64,000 nucleotides of DNA from Mobula birostris (lineage: Eukaryota): contig NC_092377.1 of NCBI RefSeq assembly GCF_030028105.1, forward strand, positions 5,089,079 through 5,153,078. Direction: 5' to 3'. Below are positions 12,949 through 25,834 of this stretch, piece by piece. The notes beneath the pieces are model-generated. The model worked only from the letters and a program-made list of their open reading frames with translations. It searched no databases and had not been told where the DNA came from. A program made the position numbers and the translations under genes. How positions within the stretch are numbered: position 1 is the stretch's first letter; each line of letters begins with the position of its first letter.

Positions 12949-14384
12949 CCCACAGTGAAGACTGATGCAAAATACTTATTTAGTTCAGCAGCCATCTCCT
13001 TGTCCCCGTTATTATTTCTCATGCCGCATTTTCAACCAGTCCTATATCCACTCTCATCTCTCGTTTATGTTTTACATACTTGAAAAAAATCTTTTACTAT
13101 TCACTTTGATATTATTTGCCAGCTTGCTTTCAAATTTCATCACTTTCTTTCTCACGATTTTTGAGTTGCATTCTGTAGCTTTTAAAATAAAACTTCCCGA
13201 ACATCTATCTTCCCAATAATTTTTGCTTTGTTGTATGTCCTTTCTTTTGCTTTCACAATAGCTTTGACTTCCCTCGTCAGCCACAGTTGTACTATTTTAC
13301 CATTTCATTATTTCTTCATTGTTGGAATGCACATGTCCAGCACATTCCTCATTTTTCCCAGAAACGCACACCATTGCTGCTGTGCTGAGATCCCTGCCTT
13401 CGGCTCGTTCCAATTCACTTTGACCAACTCCTCTCTTATATAACTGTAATTTCCCTTACTCCACTGAAATACTGCTGCATCAGACTACTTTCTCCCTATC
13501 AGATTTCAAGTTGAACTCAATGATATTGTGATCACTGGTTCCTAGGGGTTCTTTTACCTTAAGCTCCCTAATCACCTCCAGTTCATTACATAACACTTCA
13601 TCCAGTATTACTGATCCCCTTGTTGGTCAACAACAATCTGCTTTAAAAAACTACCTCATCAACAAACTCATTCTTTTGAGATCCATTACCAATCTGATTT
13701 TCCCAATTGACCTGCATGTTAAAATCTCCCATGACTAGCATAACATTGCCCGTTTGACTTGCCTTTTTTATTTTCTATTGTAACCTGTGGCCCACCTCTC
13801 GGCCACTGGTTAGGTGGAGGCCTGTTGATAACTGCCATCAACATCCTTTTACTCTTGCAGTTTCTTAACTCAACTCACAAGGATTCAACATCTTCCGATC
13901 CTATGTCACACCTTTCTACTGATTTGATGCAATTCTTCACCAGTAGAGCCATACCTCCTCCTCTGCCTGCCTTCCTATCCCTCCAATATAACGTGCAACC
14001 TTGGACATTCAGCTCCCAACTACAACCATCCTTCAGCCACAATTCAGTGATGGCCACATCATCATACTTGGTAATCTGAAATATTGCACAAGATCATCCA
14101 CCTTAATTCTTATACTACGTGCATTTAGATACAACACCTGGAGTACCATATTTTCTATCCTTTCTGACTCTGCATTGCTAATGATTTGATACTTCCGTTG
14201 TTGGGTGCAACCAAATCCCGTCACCTGCCTGCACTTCCTGACAATCTGAGTCCATCCCCCTGCCGAGTTAATTTAAATGCACCCCAACAGCTCCAACAAA
14301 CCTGCTCATCAGAATATTCATCCCCCTTGGGCTTAGGTGCAACCCATCACTTTTGAACAGGTCATGCCTTAGCCAGAAGAGATT

Positions 14385-15173
14385 CTATTGATCCAAGAAC
14401 CTGAAGCCCTGCCCCCTGCACCAGCTTCTCAGCCGCGCATTTATCTGCCAAATCACCCTGTTTCTACCCTCACTGACAAGTGGCACATGCAGCAATCCAG
14501 AAATTACTGCCCTGGAGGTCCCACTTCTCAGCTTTCTACCTAGCTCTCTAAATTCTCTTTTCAGGGCTTCATTGCTTTTCCTTCCTTTGGCATTCGTACC
14601 AATATGTACCAAGCCATCTGGCTGCTGCCCCTTCCTCTCCAAAATGTTGTGGATGCAATCTGAGACATCCCTGAACCTGGCACCCGGGTGGCAACATCCC
14701 ATCCGGGTGTCCTGTACATGTCCACGGAATCTCCTGTCTGTTCCCCTCACTATCACTATTGCACCCTTCTCTCTCTTTCCCTTCTGCACCACGGACCCAC
14801 GCTCCGTGCCTGTTACCCAGTCGCTGTGGCATTCACCCGGGAGGTCATCCCCCACAAAAGTATCCAAAATGGTATACTTGTTCTTGAATGGAATGGCCAC
14901 AGGGGTGCTCTGCTCTAACAGCCTATTTCCATTTCTAATGACAGCTACCCAGCTGCTCGCCTCCTGCAACTTTGGGGTGACCACTTCTCTGTAACTTTGA
15001 CCAATGATATCATCGCTCTCCTGTACAAGCCAAAGGTCATCCAGTTGCTCCAGATCTCTAACACGGTCTTGAAAGAGCTGCAGCCGGATGCACTTCACGC
15101 AGAAGTAGTTCCCCGGGAGGCTCTGGGTCTCCCAAGACTCCAATATCCAGCATGAAGAACACACAACAACCAT
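14385..15173 (-). CDS. CR1 ORF1p remnant (CxxC zinc finger, coiled coil, SGNH-esterase-like domain)
   Basis: 262-aa ORF: CSSC..CVKC, LQDRVRDLEQLDDL, CHPGARF, HIGTNA; parallels the ORF1 fragment at 56081-56344. Confidence 0.75.
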   Translation of the reverse strand: MVVVCSSCWILESWETQSLPGNYFCVKCIRLQLFQDRVRDLEQLDDLWLVQESDDIIGQSYREVVTPKLQEASSWVAVIRNGNRLLEQSTPVAIPFKNKYTILDTFVGDDLPGECHSDWVTGTERGSVVQKGKREKGAIVIVRGTDRRFRGHVQDTRMGCCHPGARFRDVSDCIHNILERKGQQPDGLVHIGTNAKGRKSNEALKREFRELGRKLRSGTSRAVISGLLHVPLVSEGRNRVIWQINARLRSWCRGQGFRFLDQ

Positions 15174-15489
15174 TTCAATGGTACATTAAGAGAGGAAAAA
15201 AAGATTAAAAAAGGAAACCTTAACAGACGCCTTACATAGAGCCAACGCCTCCTCCGCGCCAAAGCCTGATTTGAGCCAAAGCTGTTCGCTTCTACTCTCG
15301 CAACTGGCCTACTCCCAAATATGGCCGCTCCGCTTATCCCTTCTGTACTTTTATTTAATTCGTAGAGCTCTGTTGATGCTGCTGATAGGCCACATACAAT
15401 GAACAAATGCCCTCAAAGCTCCCTCTTCAAACAATCACCGCCGATCTGTGAGAAATCCCTCTTGATAGAGCTCTGTTGATGCCGCTAAT

Positions 15490-18400
15490 AAGCCACGTAC
15501 ATTTGGAGCCAGTAGAACCGACCTCTGAGCAATCCACTGGTCTTTTCAACCCCAAAATGGCCAGAATCATCATGAAGTGACTTCAACACAATCCCCCGGT
15601 ACTTGTCTGGTAGAACCAGCTGGGAATGCCGAGGCCGGTCCTGAGGTGACGTGACCCAGTATAGGATCTGGTTCCTTAACTCCAGTTTGGGCCATTCTCT
15701 CGGTAATGTAAGCACCGCAGCGTATTTCGGTCTTCTCCGTTTGGGCCATGTCTCCCTTTTTGACTGCTGACATAATGGTACTGATGCCCTGGTCATCTCA
15801 CTGAGCAGCTGCCACTTCCCCGGAACTCAATTCCGGCAACTGGTTTGTCTTCAGAGCACTCAGGTTGCAGTAAGCCTGTGGCATCCAGTTTCACCAAGGT
15901 CAGGATATAAGTTAGGGATTGTTGTCCGCCCTCACCTCATACTTGGCACCATAGAGGTAGTGACACAACTTATCCACCACAGCCCACTTCAAGGCCAGGA
16001 ATTCCAACTTGTGCATGGGAAAGTTTTTCTCAGAGGGTGACAGCCTCCGGCTGATAAATGCAACAGGTCTCAACACTGTGCCCTGATCCTGATACAGAAC
16101 ACCCGCTTAGCCCTGCCTGCTGGAATCCGTATGTAGTACAAACGGCAATCGGGGGTCTGCAAAAGCCAGCACAGGTGCCTGGGTCAGCAGCTCCTTCTGC
16201 GACTGAAAGGCCTCTTCACATTTCGCATTCCACCTCACTCCGAAAGGTTCCCAAAAGCTCAGATACTCTTTACCCTCCTCTCCTTTTGTCCTCGCCTCTT
16301 TCTTCCCCAAGGGAGGGTAACCACACAGAAGCTAATTTAACGGGTGGCTCACTTTTGCGTAGCCCTTCATGAACCTCCAATAGTACCCACAGAAACCGAG
16401 GAACAAGCGCAAAGCGATCACGGTCTGGGGGCTTGGCCATGTGGTCAACGCCTCGATCTTAGATGGATCCAAGCTACTCCATCCCATGAGACAATGTGCT
16501 CAACATAACTGACTGTCTTGCAGAACTGGCACTTGTCCAGGGAAAGTTTTAACCCTTCAGCTTTCAGGCGGCCCAGCACCTTCAGTCACCTCCCTTCATG
16601 TTCCTCCACGATGGCCACAAATACTATGAGTCAATCGAGATACACCAATACCTCAAGCAAGTTCATATCCCCCACCATTTTCTCCATGACCGGCTGGAAG
16701 GTTGCAGGGGCTCCTGATATACCCTGGGGTATCCTTTCAAACTGGAAGAATCCCAGTGGACCTATACCGTAAATATGATCTTCTCTTTGTCAACCTCACT
16801 CATGGTGAACTGATAATATCCACTCCTCACACCCAGCACACTGAACCACTTCACATCACTCAGACAGGCCAACTTATCTTCAATCTGTCATGGTCCAGTC
16901 CGCGAAGTCCACGTTCCAGTTCACGGCCCGGTCCGTGGGCTTTGGACTCCAGATCTTCCGGCTGTCCCTTGTTTCAGTTGGGCTTAATCATAGGCACCTG
17001 ATGCTCATCTTGGGGCTGGGAATATAAGTAGCCCTGGGTTCGAGTGTGGTTGCTGGTTTGTCTTGTCAGTATCCCGTCCTTGCCTCTGTGGGGTAAGTCA
17101 GGCCATCTTTGCTGTTACCCTGCGGTTGGATCTGTCCCTTCCTGTCCTAGTGTTGGGAACCGTCTTGTCTTGTTCAGCATTCTGTTCCCAAGAAAGGGTC
17201 CTGGCTCTATGTTCCATGTCCTGTGTTCCTGTCTCTCAAGTCCAAGGCTCTGTGTTCCTGTGCTCTAGACCAAGGCTCTGTGTTCTTGTCCCCTGCATGA
17301 CCAAGTCAAGGCTTCCGGTTTTGTGCTCTGAGGTTCCTGTTGTCCCAAGTCCAAGGTTCCAAAGTTCCTGTCATCCCAAATCCAAAGCTCGGCTTTTCCT
17401 GAGTACCAAGTCAAGGCTTCATGTTCTTGTCCTGTCCATGTGCCTTGTCCTGTGCTGGAGTTCCCTCAACCTGCCCAGGAGTCTCTCGTTCTGTCTTGTA
17501 GCCTTGTCTAGTCCTGTCTCCCAAGACCACGTCATGTCTTCGCCTAGTTCGAAGTCTGAGCCTGAGTCAAGACCCAGGTTCTGGGTCCTTGTCCAGTCTC
17601 TGGCTCGGAGTCCGAACCCAAGCCACGTCATGTCCTCGCCTTGAAGAACTCAAGCCACGAAGAACCCAAGCCTCCAGGAACCCAAGTCTGTGCTCTTGTC
17701 CCAGCTCCTAGTCTACATCCAGTCACGGCCCTAACTCTAGTCCTGTCCTATCCTGTTCCTGGTACTTCAGAGTCTGTGTCTTGCAGTTGGGTCTGCCTCC
17801 TAGTGCCCCCCACTATGACACAATCTTTACGACCGTATACTGGTCGGGGACAGTACGCCTGTTTGGAGTCCTATAATTCACACAAATCTGTACCTTCCGA
17901 TTCTTCTTCCTAGACACTATTATTGGGGACGCATAGGGGCTCCTAGTCTCAGTGATGATCCCAGCTTCCTTCAGCTTACACAAATGCTGCCAAACATCTT
18001 CCACCTCTACAAGGACCAGTCACTGTGACCTTTCTCTGAACGGGGTGTCCGCAATCACCTGGATAGTGTAGCGAGTGCTCTTGAAACAACCCACATCAAA
18101 CTTGTCAGGAGAAAAGACGCCTTCCAGCTTCAACATCTTCTCTATCAACCTCCTCTTCCAACCTGCAGGTACCAGGGAGTCCCCAGAGTTGAAGGACTCG
18201 GCAGTCAACATTCCCTTGTTCAGCAAGAGTTTCTTCCCGGCTTGTCTCACAGGGACAATAGACATTACCGTCACCGGGGAAAAATGTGCCGGGGAATTCC
18301 CCTCTTGAAGGTTACTTCCCTCCTCGTAGTGTTCCTGACAATCACTGCCATCTTGTTCACCTGTACAACCGAGGGTTTCTGCAGTTCAGGACTCACTGGT

Positions 18401-19030
18401 AGCCCAGCAGGTAAGCCCGACTCCTCTTCCTGGTCTTCTGGAGCTTCTACTAAGAGGGCATCGGACTCAGCCACTCAGAGAAATTTGGGGTTTCCCATCA
18501 CTCTCACTACTTCCCCGGGCTGTAACACAATTGGCTTTGACTAGCTGAACCACACAGTCCCTCATCTAATCCTGTTACCTGGCCCAATGGAGTCACGCAC
18601 TTCCTCAAAAACAGCTCAAAGTACATGGGTGAATGGACAAAGTTCTCAGAAATCTCTCTCCAACTTTCTCCTCGCAGGCTCCCATGAGCCTCCTCACAGT
18701 AGGAGTATTGGTCCCCACAAAAATTGAAACGCTGCCCTTCTCAATGGGGTCTGAATAAACCAGCACTTAATGTATCAAGACCTCAGCCACGCCCACATCA
18801 ACCTCCAAGAACTCCAGCTTCACTGACAACTAACCATCGTACGGATAATCACCAGCACTGAGACCCCAGATCTCTAGAGCACTGAGTGGTGTCAATGGTA
18901 AATGCTTCAGATACTGGTTGTAAAATGAACAGTACAGCAAAATGACCTGTGACCCTGAGTCAAGTATGGCTCTAGCATAAAGACTCCCTATCCATAACAA
19001 TACACAGGAGCTTGGCCCCACTAAGCCTTC
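15490..19030 (-). mobile_element. Third Gypsy element, internally deleted pol (PR, RT, RNaseH, IN zinc finger)
   Basis: ILDSGSQV (18830-19036), RT YASPIIV (17813-18004), LHTDSSRQG (16107-16310), LHDDSGHFG (15485-15796); paralogous to 3948-9235. Confidence 0.88.
16886..17820 (+). mobile_element. Solo LTR (TGTCA...TGACA) nested in Gypsy RT
   Basis: Perfect 5-bp TSD CAATC (16881-16885, 17821-17825); TATA-like TATAAGTA at 17023. Confidence 0.92.
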
Positions 19031-21176
19031 AGCCAAGCCTCACCTCAAGTCTCTAGCCAAGCCTCACCTCAAGTCTCTAGCCGAGCCTCGCTCCAAGCCA
19101 AGCTTCAAGACCCTAAGTCTCTAGCCAAGTCTCGCCTCAAGCCTTTAGCCGTCTCGCCTCAATTCTCTAGCCAAGCCTCACCCCAAGCCAAGCTTCAAGA
19201 CCCCAAGCCTCAAACCTCCAGTCTCAAGCCTCACCTCAAGTCTCTAGCCTCAAGCCTCACCTCAAGTCTCTAGTCTCGAGTCTCTGCTCTCCAGCCTCGC
19301 CTCGAGTCTCTGCTCTCCAGCCTCGCCTTGAGTCTCTGCTCTCCAGCCTCGCCTCGAGTCTCTACTCTCAGCCTCGCCTCGAGTCTCTGCTCTCCAGCCT
19401 CGCCTCGAGTCTCTGCTCTCCAGCCTGACTTCGAGTTTCTGGTCTCCAGCCTCACCTCAAGTCTGAAGACTCCCACCTCATCCTGCCTGCCGGCCAAGTC
19501 ACGTCCTTGCCTAGTATTGGGGTCCGAGCCACAGGCAAGACGCAGGTTCTGGGTCCTTGTCCAGTCTCTGGCTCGGAATCCTAGCCCTGGCTCCTAGCTC
19601 TCTTGTCCAGTCCTGTTCCATGTTCCCAGTTTTCGTGTCCATGTCCTAGCCCTGTCCCTGTATCCTAGTCCTGTCCTTAGTACTTCAGTGTCTGTGTCTT
19701 GCACTTGGGTCCGTTCCCAGCCGCCACCTTATGACAGAACAATTCAGCCAACCATGGACCCAGCAACACAGACACTGTCATCTTCCTCTTGCTACCCGGG
19801 GTTCCCTTCTGTTAAGTACCCTCCCACCCGCCCGGGTTGTCTATAGTCTCGATAGCCTGTTTGGTTGTCAGGAGGCTCCCGTAGAGTGGGGTATACTGTC
19901 ATGGTCCGGTCCATGAAGTCCGCATTCCGGTTCACGGTCCAGTCCATCGCCCCTTGCTCCAGGTTTTTCTGTGTACCCTGTTTCTGTTCCTGTCGAGCAC
20001 TAATCGAGGCAGCTGATTCTCATTGGGACTGGCTGCATAAATACCTTCAGAGACCAGGGCGTGGCTGCCGGATTGTTCTTGTCCTTACTCCTTGTATCCC
20101 TTCCCCTGCCTTCTGTTTCCTCACCTGATGCCTTGCCCTGTCTTGCTGGTAACTCTCACCTCGTCTCACCTGTAGTCTTGTCCTGGAGCCACCCCATACC
20201 TAGCTCCCTTCCTGTCCTTTGCCTCCACCAGGTAAGTCAGGCCAGATTGCCGTTACCCTACGGTTGCTTCTGTCCCTTGCCTCTGTCGGGTAAGCCAGGC
20301 CAGATTGCCGTTACCCTGTGGTGGGTTCTGTCCTTTCCTGTCCTTTGCCTCCATCGGGTAAGCCAGGCCAGATTGCCGTTACCCTACGGTTGGTTCTGTC
20401 CCTTGCCTCCGTCGGGTAAGCCAGGCCAGATTGCCATTACCCTATGGTTGGTTCTGTCCCTTCCTGTCTCTTGCCTCCGTTGGGTGGTGATCCGCGCCCT
20501 GCCCAGGTGATCCACACCCTGCCCAGGAGGAGCTTCAAGACCCCAAGCCTCTAGCCAAGCATCACCTCAAGTCTCTAGCCAAGCCGAGCCTCGCCACAAG
20601 CCAAGCTTCAAGACCTCAAGCCTCTAGCCTCGCCTTGCCTCAAACCGCAAGCCTTGCCTCACCTCAAGCCTCAAGCCTCAAGCCTCAAGCCTCCAGCCTT
20701 GCCTCGCCTCAAGCCTCAAGCCTCAAGCCTCACCTCACCTTAAGTCTCTAGCCAAACCACACCCTAAGCCAAGCTTCAAGACTCCAACACTCAAGCCTCA
20801 CCTCACCTTAAGTCTCTAGCCAAACCACACCCTAAGCCAAGCATCAAGACTCCAATACTCAAGCCTCGCCTCGAGTCTCTGGTCTCCGGCCTCGCCTCGA
20901 GTCTGAAGACTCCAGCCTCGTCCTGCCTGCCAGCCAAGTCACGTCCTTGCCTAGTTCTGGGGTCTGAGCCAGAGGCAAGACCCAGTTTCTGGGTCCTTGT
21001 CCAGTCTCTGGCTCGGAGTCCTCGCCCTGTTTCCTAGCTCTCTTGTCCAATCTTGTTCCGGGTTCCCGGTTTTAGTGTCAATGTCCTAGCCCTCTCCCTG
21101 TATCCTAGTCCTGTCCCTAGTACTTCAGTATCTGTGTCTTGCATTTGGATCCATTCCCAGCCACCACCTTATGACA
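19020..21176 (+). mobile_element. Non-autonomous LTR element copy 1: partial 5' LTR - 160-bp internal - complete 3' LTR
   Basis: 5' LTR ends TGACA 19736; internal 19737-19896 begins GAACAATTCAG..ATGGACCCAGCA and ends in PPT GTAGAGTGGGG; 3' LTR 19897-21176 TGTCA...TGACA. Confidence 0.88.
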
Positions 21177-21179
21177 ACT

Positions 21180-21600
21180 GACTGGAATTTAGAAGGTTGA
21201 GGGGGGAGCTCATTCAAACCGTTCGAATATTGAAAGGCCGAGACAGAGTAGATGTTGTAAAGATGTTTCCCATGGTGGGAGAGTCTAGGACAAGAGGACA
21301 CAGCCTCAGGATAGAAGGGTGCACTTTCAAAACAGAGATGCTGAGAAATTTCTTTAGCCAAAAGGTGGTCATTTTGTGGAATTTGTTGCCACATGCAACC
21401 ATGGAGGCCAGGTCGTGGGGTGTATTTAAGGCAGAGATTGATAAGTTCTTGATTGGAAACGTCATCAAAGGTTACGGGAGAAGCACGGGAAGAGGTTGAG
21501 GAGGAGATACAAAACAGGATCAGCCATGATTGTATGGCAGAGCAGACTTGATGGGTCAAATGGCCTCATTCTGCTCCTTCATCTGATGGTATTGAACAGC
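21180..21600 (+). mobile_element. CR1 3' end
   Basis: LEFRRLRGELIQTVRILKG..RTRGHSLRI C-terminal motif. Confidence 0.85.
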
Positions 21601-21674
21601 AAAATCGAAACAAAGGTTTGATTGGTCAGATAGTTTGAAGTGACTACATTTTAATGCTTGGAGGATTATGGGTA

Positions 21675-22450
21675 GAAACATAGAAAACGTACAGCACCAT
21701 ACAGGCCCTTCGGCCCACGAAGCTGTGCCGAACATGTCCCTACCTTAGAACTACCTGGGCTTTACCTATAGCTCTCTATTTTTCTAAGCTCCATGTAGCC
21801 ATCCAGGAGCCTCTTAAAAGACCCTGTCGTTTCTGTTTCCACCACCGCCGCCGGCAGCCAATTCCACGCACTCACTTTTCACTCTGCGTATAAAACTTAC
21901 CCCTGACGTCTCCTCTGTACCTATTTCCAAGCACCTTCAAACTATGCCCTCTCGTGCTAGCTATTTCAGCTCTGGGGAAAAGCCTCTGACTATCCACACG
22001 ATCAATGCCTCTCATTATCTTGTACACCCCTATCAAGTCACCTCTCATCCTCCGTCACTCCAAGGAGAAAAGGCCGAGTTCACTCAACCTATTCTCATAA
22101 GGCATGGTCGCCAATCCAGGCAACATCCTTGTAAATCTCCTCTGCACCCTTTCTATGGTTTCCAGGTCTTTTCTACAGTGAGGCGAACAAAACTGAGCAC
22201 AGTGCTCCAAGTGGGGTCTGACCAGGATCCTATATAGCTGCAACATTACAGAGCTAAACTCTTAAACTCAATCCCATGATTGATGAAGGCCAATGATGGA
22301 TGCCTTCTTAACCACAGAGTCAACCTACTTTGAGTGTCCTATGGACTGGGACCCCAAGATCCCTCTGATCCTCCATACTGCCTAGAGTTTCTTACCACTC
22401 ATGCTATGTTTTGCCATCATATTTGACCTACCAAAATGTACCACCTCAGT
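21675..22450 (-). mobile_element. CR1 3' end (same subfamily as 58000-58470)
   Basis: TTTCTATG-type tail; ORF 22055-22246 LYRILVRPHLEHC. Confidence 0.85.
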
Positions 22451-22639
22451 GAGGATGATGAGCCCAGAGCAGGGATCAGTACATGGAACTACAATGTTGT
22501 AGCCATTACTGACACTTGGTCAAGAGAAGGACAGAAATGGGTGCTTAATGCACGAGATTTTTGTAGTTTTAGAAAAGATTGAGTAGGAGGTAAAAGAGTA
22601 GGGTGGGGTGTGTTTTGCACTACTAATCAGGGACCAGAC

Positions 22640-24610
22640 ATTCAGGGGACAGACACTGAGTCCATTTGGGTGGAACTCAGGAATAGGAAGGATGTGATCA
22701 GACTGATGGAATTATAAAACAAACCCCTAATAGCCATCGGGACATTGAGGTACCAAAACCTATTCAGATTAAGGAAATGGGTAAAAAATAATAAGGTTGG
22801 TCTCTTGGAGATTACAACTTCCCTCATAAAAACTGGGACATTCTTTCTGCAAGGGGTTTTGATGGTGTAAAATCTGTTAACCATACTCAGGAAGGTTTTG
22901 TAAATCAGTATGTGGATGGCCCAATGAGAGGAGGGGCTGTCACAATCTGGTCCGTTGACTTCTCATTTCAGTTAATTTCCTTTTCCCAGTGTTCCACTGG
23001 GCTCCTTGATTAAGGCACCTGATCCTTATTCAAACCGGCAGCATAAATCTCCGGCTTACATTTACTCGTTGCTGGTTCGTCACCGTAGCCAGGGCGGCAA
23101 TGAACATTCCGAGCCACCAAGAATAAGGGACCGTCTTCTGAGCCGCCAAAAATAAGGGACCGTCTTCAGGAGTTTCTCCATCTCAAGAGTCGTATTGTCT
23201 GTTGATGTTTGTTTTTGTCGTCTCGTGTCCAGCTGAGCATTGCCGGCTGTTTTGCTGCTGCTCCGAGTCAGGATGTGAGTGGTCTGTCATTGTTTTGTTT
23301 TGAAGGCTCTGAGTCCCAGTCCCAGTCAAGGCTTCATGTCCAGTCAAGTGATTATCAGCCGTTTGCTGCTTCATGAGCTTCTCCGTGTCAAGATACATAT
23401 TGTCTGTTATTATTTGGTTTAGTGATCTCGTTTCCTGCTGAGTAGGTCCAGTCATTTGCCACTACTCTGCGTTGAAAATTCTGTCTCTTCATGTCCCAGT
23501 CCGAGTCCAGGCTCTGTGTTCTGGTCAAGTCCAAGTCCAGGCTCTGTGTCCAAGTCAAGTCTAAGTTCTGGCTCCAAGTCGAAGTCAAGTCCAAATCCGT
23601 CTCTGTGTCAAATCTCCGTGCCTTTGTCCTGCACTTTGGTCTGCTCCCAAACGCCCCATTGCAACAGGGGCTGTACTGGACCTGGTGTTGGGTAATGAGC
23701 CTGGCCAGGTGACTGAGCTTTCAGTGAGTGAGCAGTTAGGGAACAGTGACCAGAAATCTTTAACTTTTAAGATAGTTATCGGTAAGGATAAAGATTGGAG
23801 TAAGGCAAATTATGACTGCATTAGGCAGGAACTAAAAAGCATTAATTGGGAACATATCAGACATGTGGAGGGAGTTCAAGGAACAATTGCACAGAGTACA
23901 GGAAAGGTGTGCTCCTGTTATAAGGATGGACAGGGATGCCCTGAAAAGTGATGAATTTAGTCATGAAGAAAAAGGAAAAGTATGTAACACTTTGGAAGCT
24001 AGGATCAAGCGAAGCAGATGAGAAATATAAAGAATCCAGAAAAGAACTACAGAAGGGAATTAGGAAAGCCAGGAGGGGATGTGAAAAGTCCTTGGCAAAC
24101 AGGATTAAGGTGAAACCCAAGGCATTCTATACGTACAACAAAAACAAGAGGATAACTAGGGAGAGGGTGGAACCACTCAAAGATAAAGCGGTGGGGTGAG
24201 GGAGAAATTTGCTTGGATGCAGAGAATGTAAGTGAGGTACTTAATGAGTACTTTGCTTCAGTATTTACGGAGGAAAAAAATATGGTGGACTAATGGATCT
24301 GTGCTGAGTGTATAAATACGTTATGGTGTTTAGAAGTCAAGGAGGAGGAAGTGTTGGGCCTCCTAAGGAGTATTAAGATGAATAAATCTGCAGGGCCTGA
24401 TGGGATTTACCCCAGGAGGCAAGAGACAAGATTTCTGGGCCCTTGACCAGGATCTTCATCTTCTTATTTGCCACAGGGGAGATCCCGGAGGACTAGTGAG
24501 TGGCTAATGTTGTACTTATATTTAAGAAGGGAACAAGGGAAAATCCTGGGATCTATAGACCAGTGAGTCTCAGGTCATCTGTAGGGAAATTGCTGGAGAA
24601 AATTCTGAGA
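22640..24610 (+). mobile_element. CR1 ORF2 fragment (APE end, linker, RT start) interrupted by solo LTR
   Basis: LGNSDQKSLTF, KARRGCEKSLANRIKVKPKAFY, ANVVLIFKKG..YRPVSL. Confidence 0.8.
22938..23666 (+). mobile_element. Solo LTR (TGTCA...CAACA)
   Basis: Perfect 5-bp TSD GGGGC (22933-22937, 23667-23671); CATAAAT box at 23042. Confidence 0.9.
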
Positions 24611-24611
24611 G

Positions 24612-25267
24612 TTTTACAATGGGGCGTTTGGGAGCGGACCCAAATGCAGGACACAGACACAGAGGTAACATTAGCAGAAGTGTATTTTATTAATAGTTGC
24701 CAGGAAGGCCAGTGAGTGAGGATTAGATGCTTACGTGGACGTGAACGTTGGACAACAAACCGCAGGAACCTGGACTGGGACTTGGCCATGGAGCCTGGAC
24801 TCAGACACGGAACCTGGACTCGGACTCAGACATGGAGCCTGGACTCGGACTTGACTTGGACTCGCAGCCTGGACTCGGACTTGGAGACGGGATGACAAAA
24901 CCAAACAAAGACAGGCAATTCATATCTTGGCTCGGAGTAGCGGCAAACGGCCTGCAATACTCAGCTGGACACGAGACGACAAAACCAAACAACGACAGGC
25001 AATTCGTATCTTGACATGGGGTAGCACATGAAGCGGCAAACAGCTGGCAATCACTTAGCTGAACATGGAGAGACAGAATTCCGGAAGCAACCCCAGGCAC
25101 CGAAGCCACTTAGGATCCACCATTCTCGGCGGCCCAGAACATGCATTGCCAAACGGGCTGCGGAGTGACGGTCCAGCATCGAGTAGATGTAAGCTGGAAT
25201 TTTTATGCTGCCAGTTCGGATGAGGATCAGGTGCCCTAATCAATGAGCCCGGTAAACGCTTACAGAC
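24612..25267 (-). mobile_element. LTR of the same broad family, antisense
   Basis: Reverse complement of ...GTGTCCTGCATTTGGGTCCGCTCCCAAACGCCCCATTG; internal GGACTCGGAC repeats; TSD not confirmed. Confidence 0.7.
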
Positions 25268-25834
25268 ACTGTGCACTGAGGGAGCAGAAAGGAGTTTTTG
25301 AGACAGTAAATGCAGAAATGTGGTCAAGCAAGAGGAAAGTAAATGAGAACATGATGACTTCACACGTTGCTTTGTGGTAAAATTGGGAAATTGAAAGAAG
25401 TGTAAAAGGGCATAGCAGATATACTGTAAGGAACATAGTGATAACCTGTGTGAGTCATGGACTCACAGTAAAGCACAGTGTTACAGAACTGGCCATTCGG
25501 CCCATCTTGTACATTCTGACCACATTGCCAATCTACACCAATCACATTTCCATGCATTGGGTCCCCATCCCTTAGCATCTTTCTTATCCAAGCATCTGTT
25601 CAAATGTCTCAAATGTTATAATTCTATCTGCTCCACCATCTCCGGTGGCAGCTTGTTGAAGTTTAAGTTTATTGTCATCTGACTGTACATGTATACAACT
25701 AAATCAAACAATATTCCTCCAGACCACGGTGCCTCCACAAAACACATAGTACACACAGCACATAAACCAAAATATTACCATCAATATGTTAATAAAATAT
25801 CATTCAGAATGCATGTAGAGCACAGCACAGATAA

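Larger units (their letters stand above)
10988..15400 (-). mobile_element. Near full-length CR1 LINE (ORF1 + APE + RT + 3' tail), degraded, interrupted by a SINE
   Basis: Tail TCTTATGG at ~10990; RT motifs (11433-12324); APE start VLYLNARSIRIK (14033-14224); ORF1 14385-15173. Confidence 0.9.

Noticed and set aside
19020-20900. CRISPR-like repeat arrays
   Set aside because: Eukaryotic context, no unique spacers, no cas genes; the arrays are internal LTR tandem repeats
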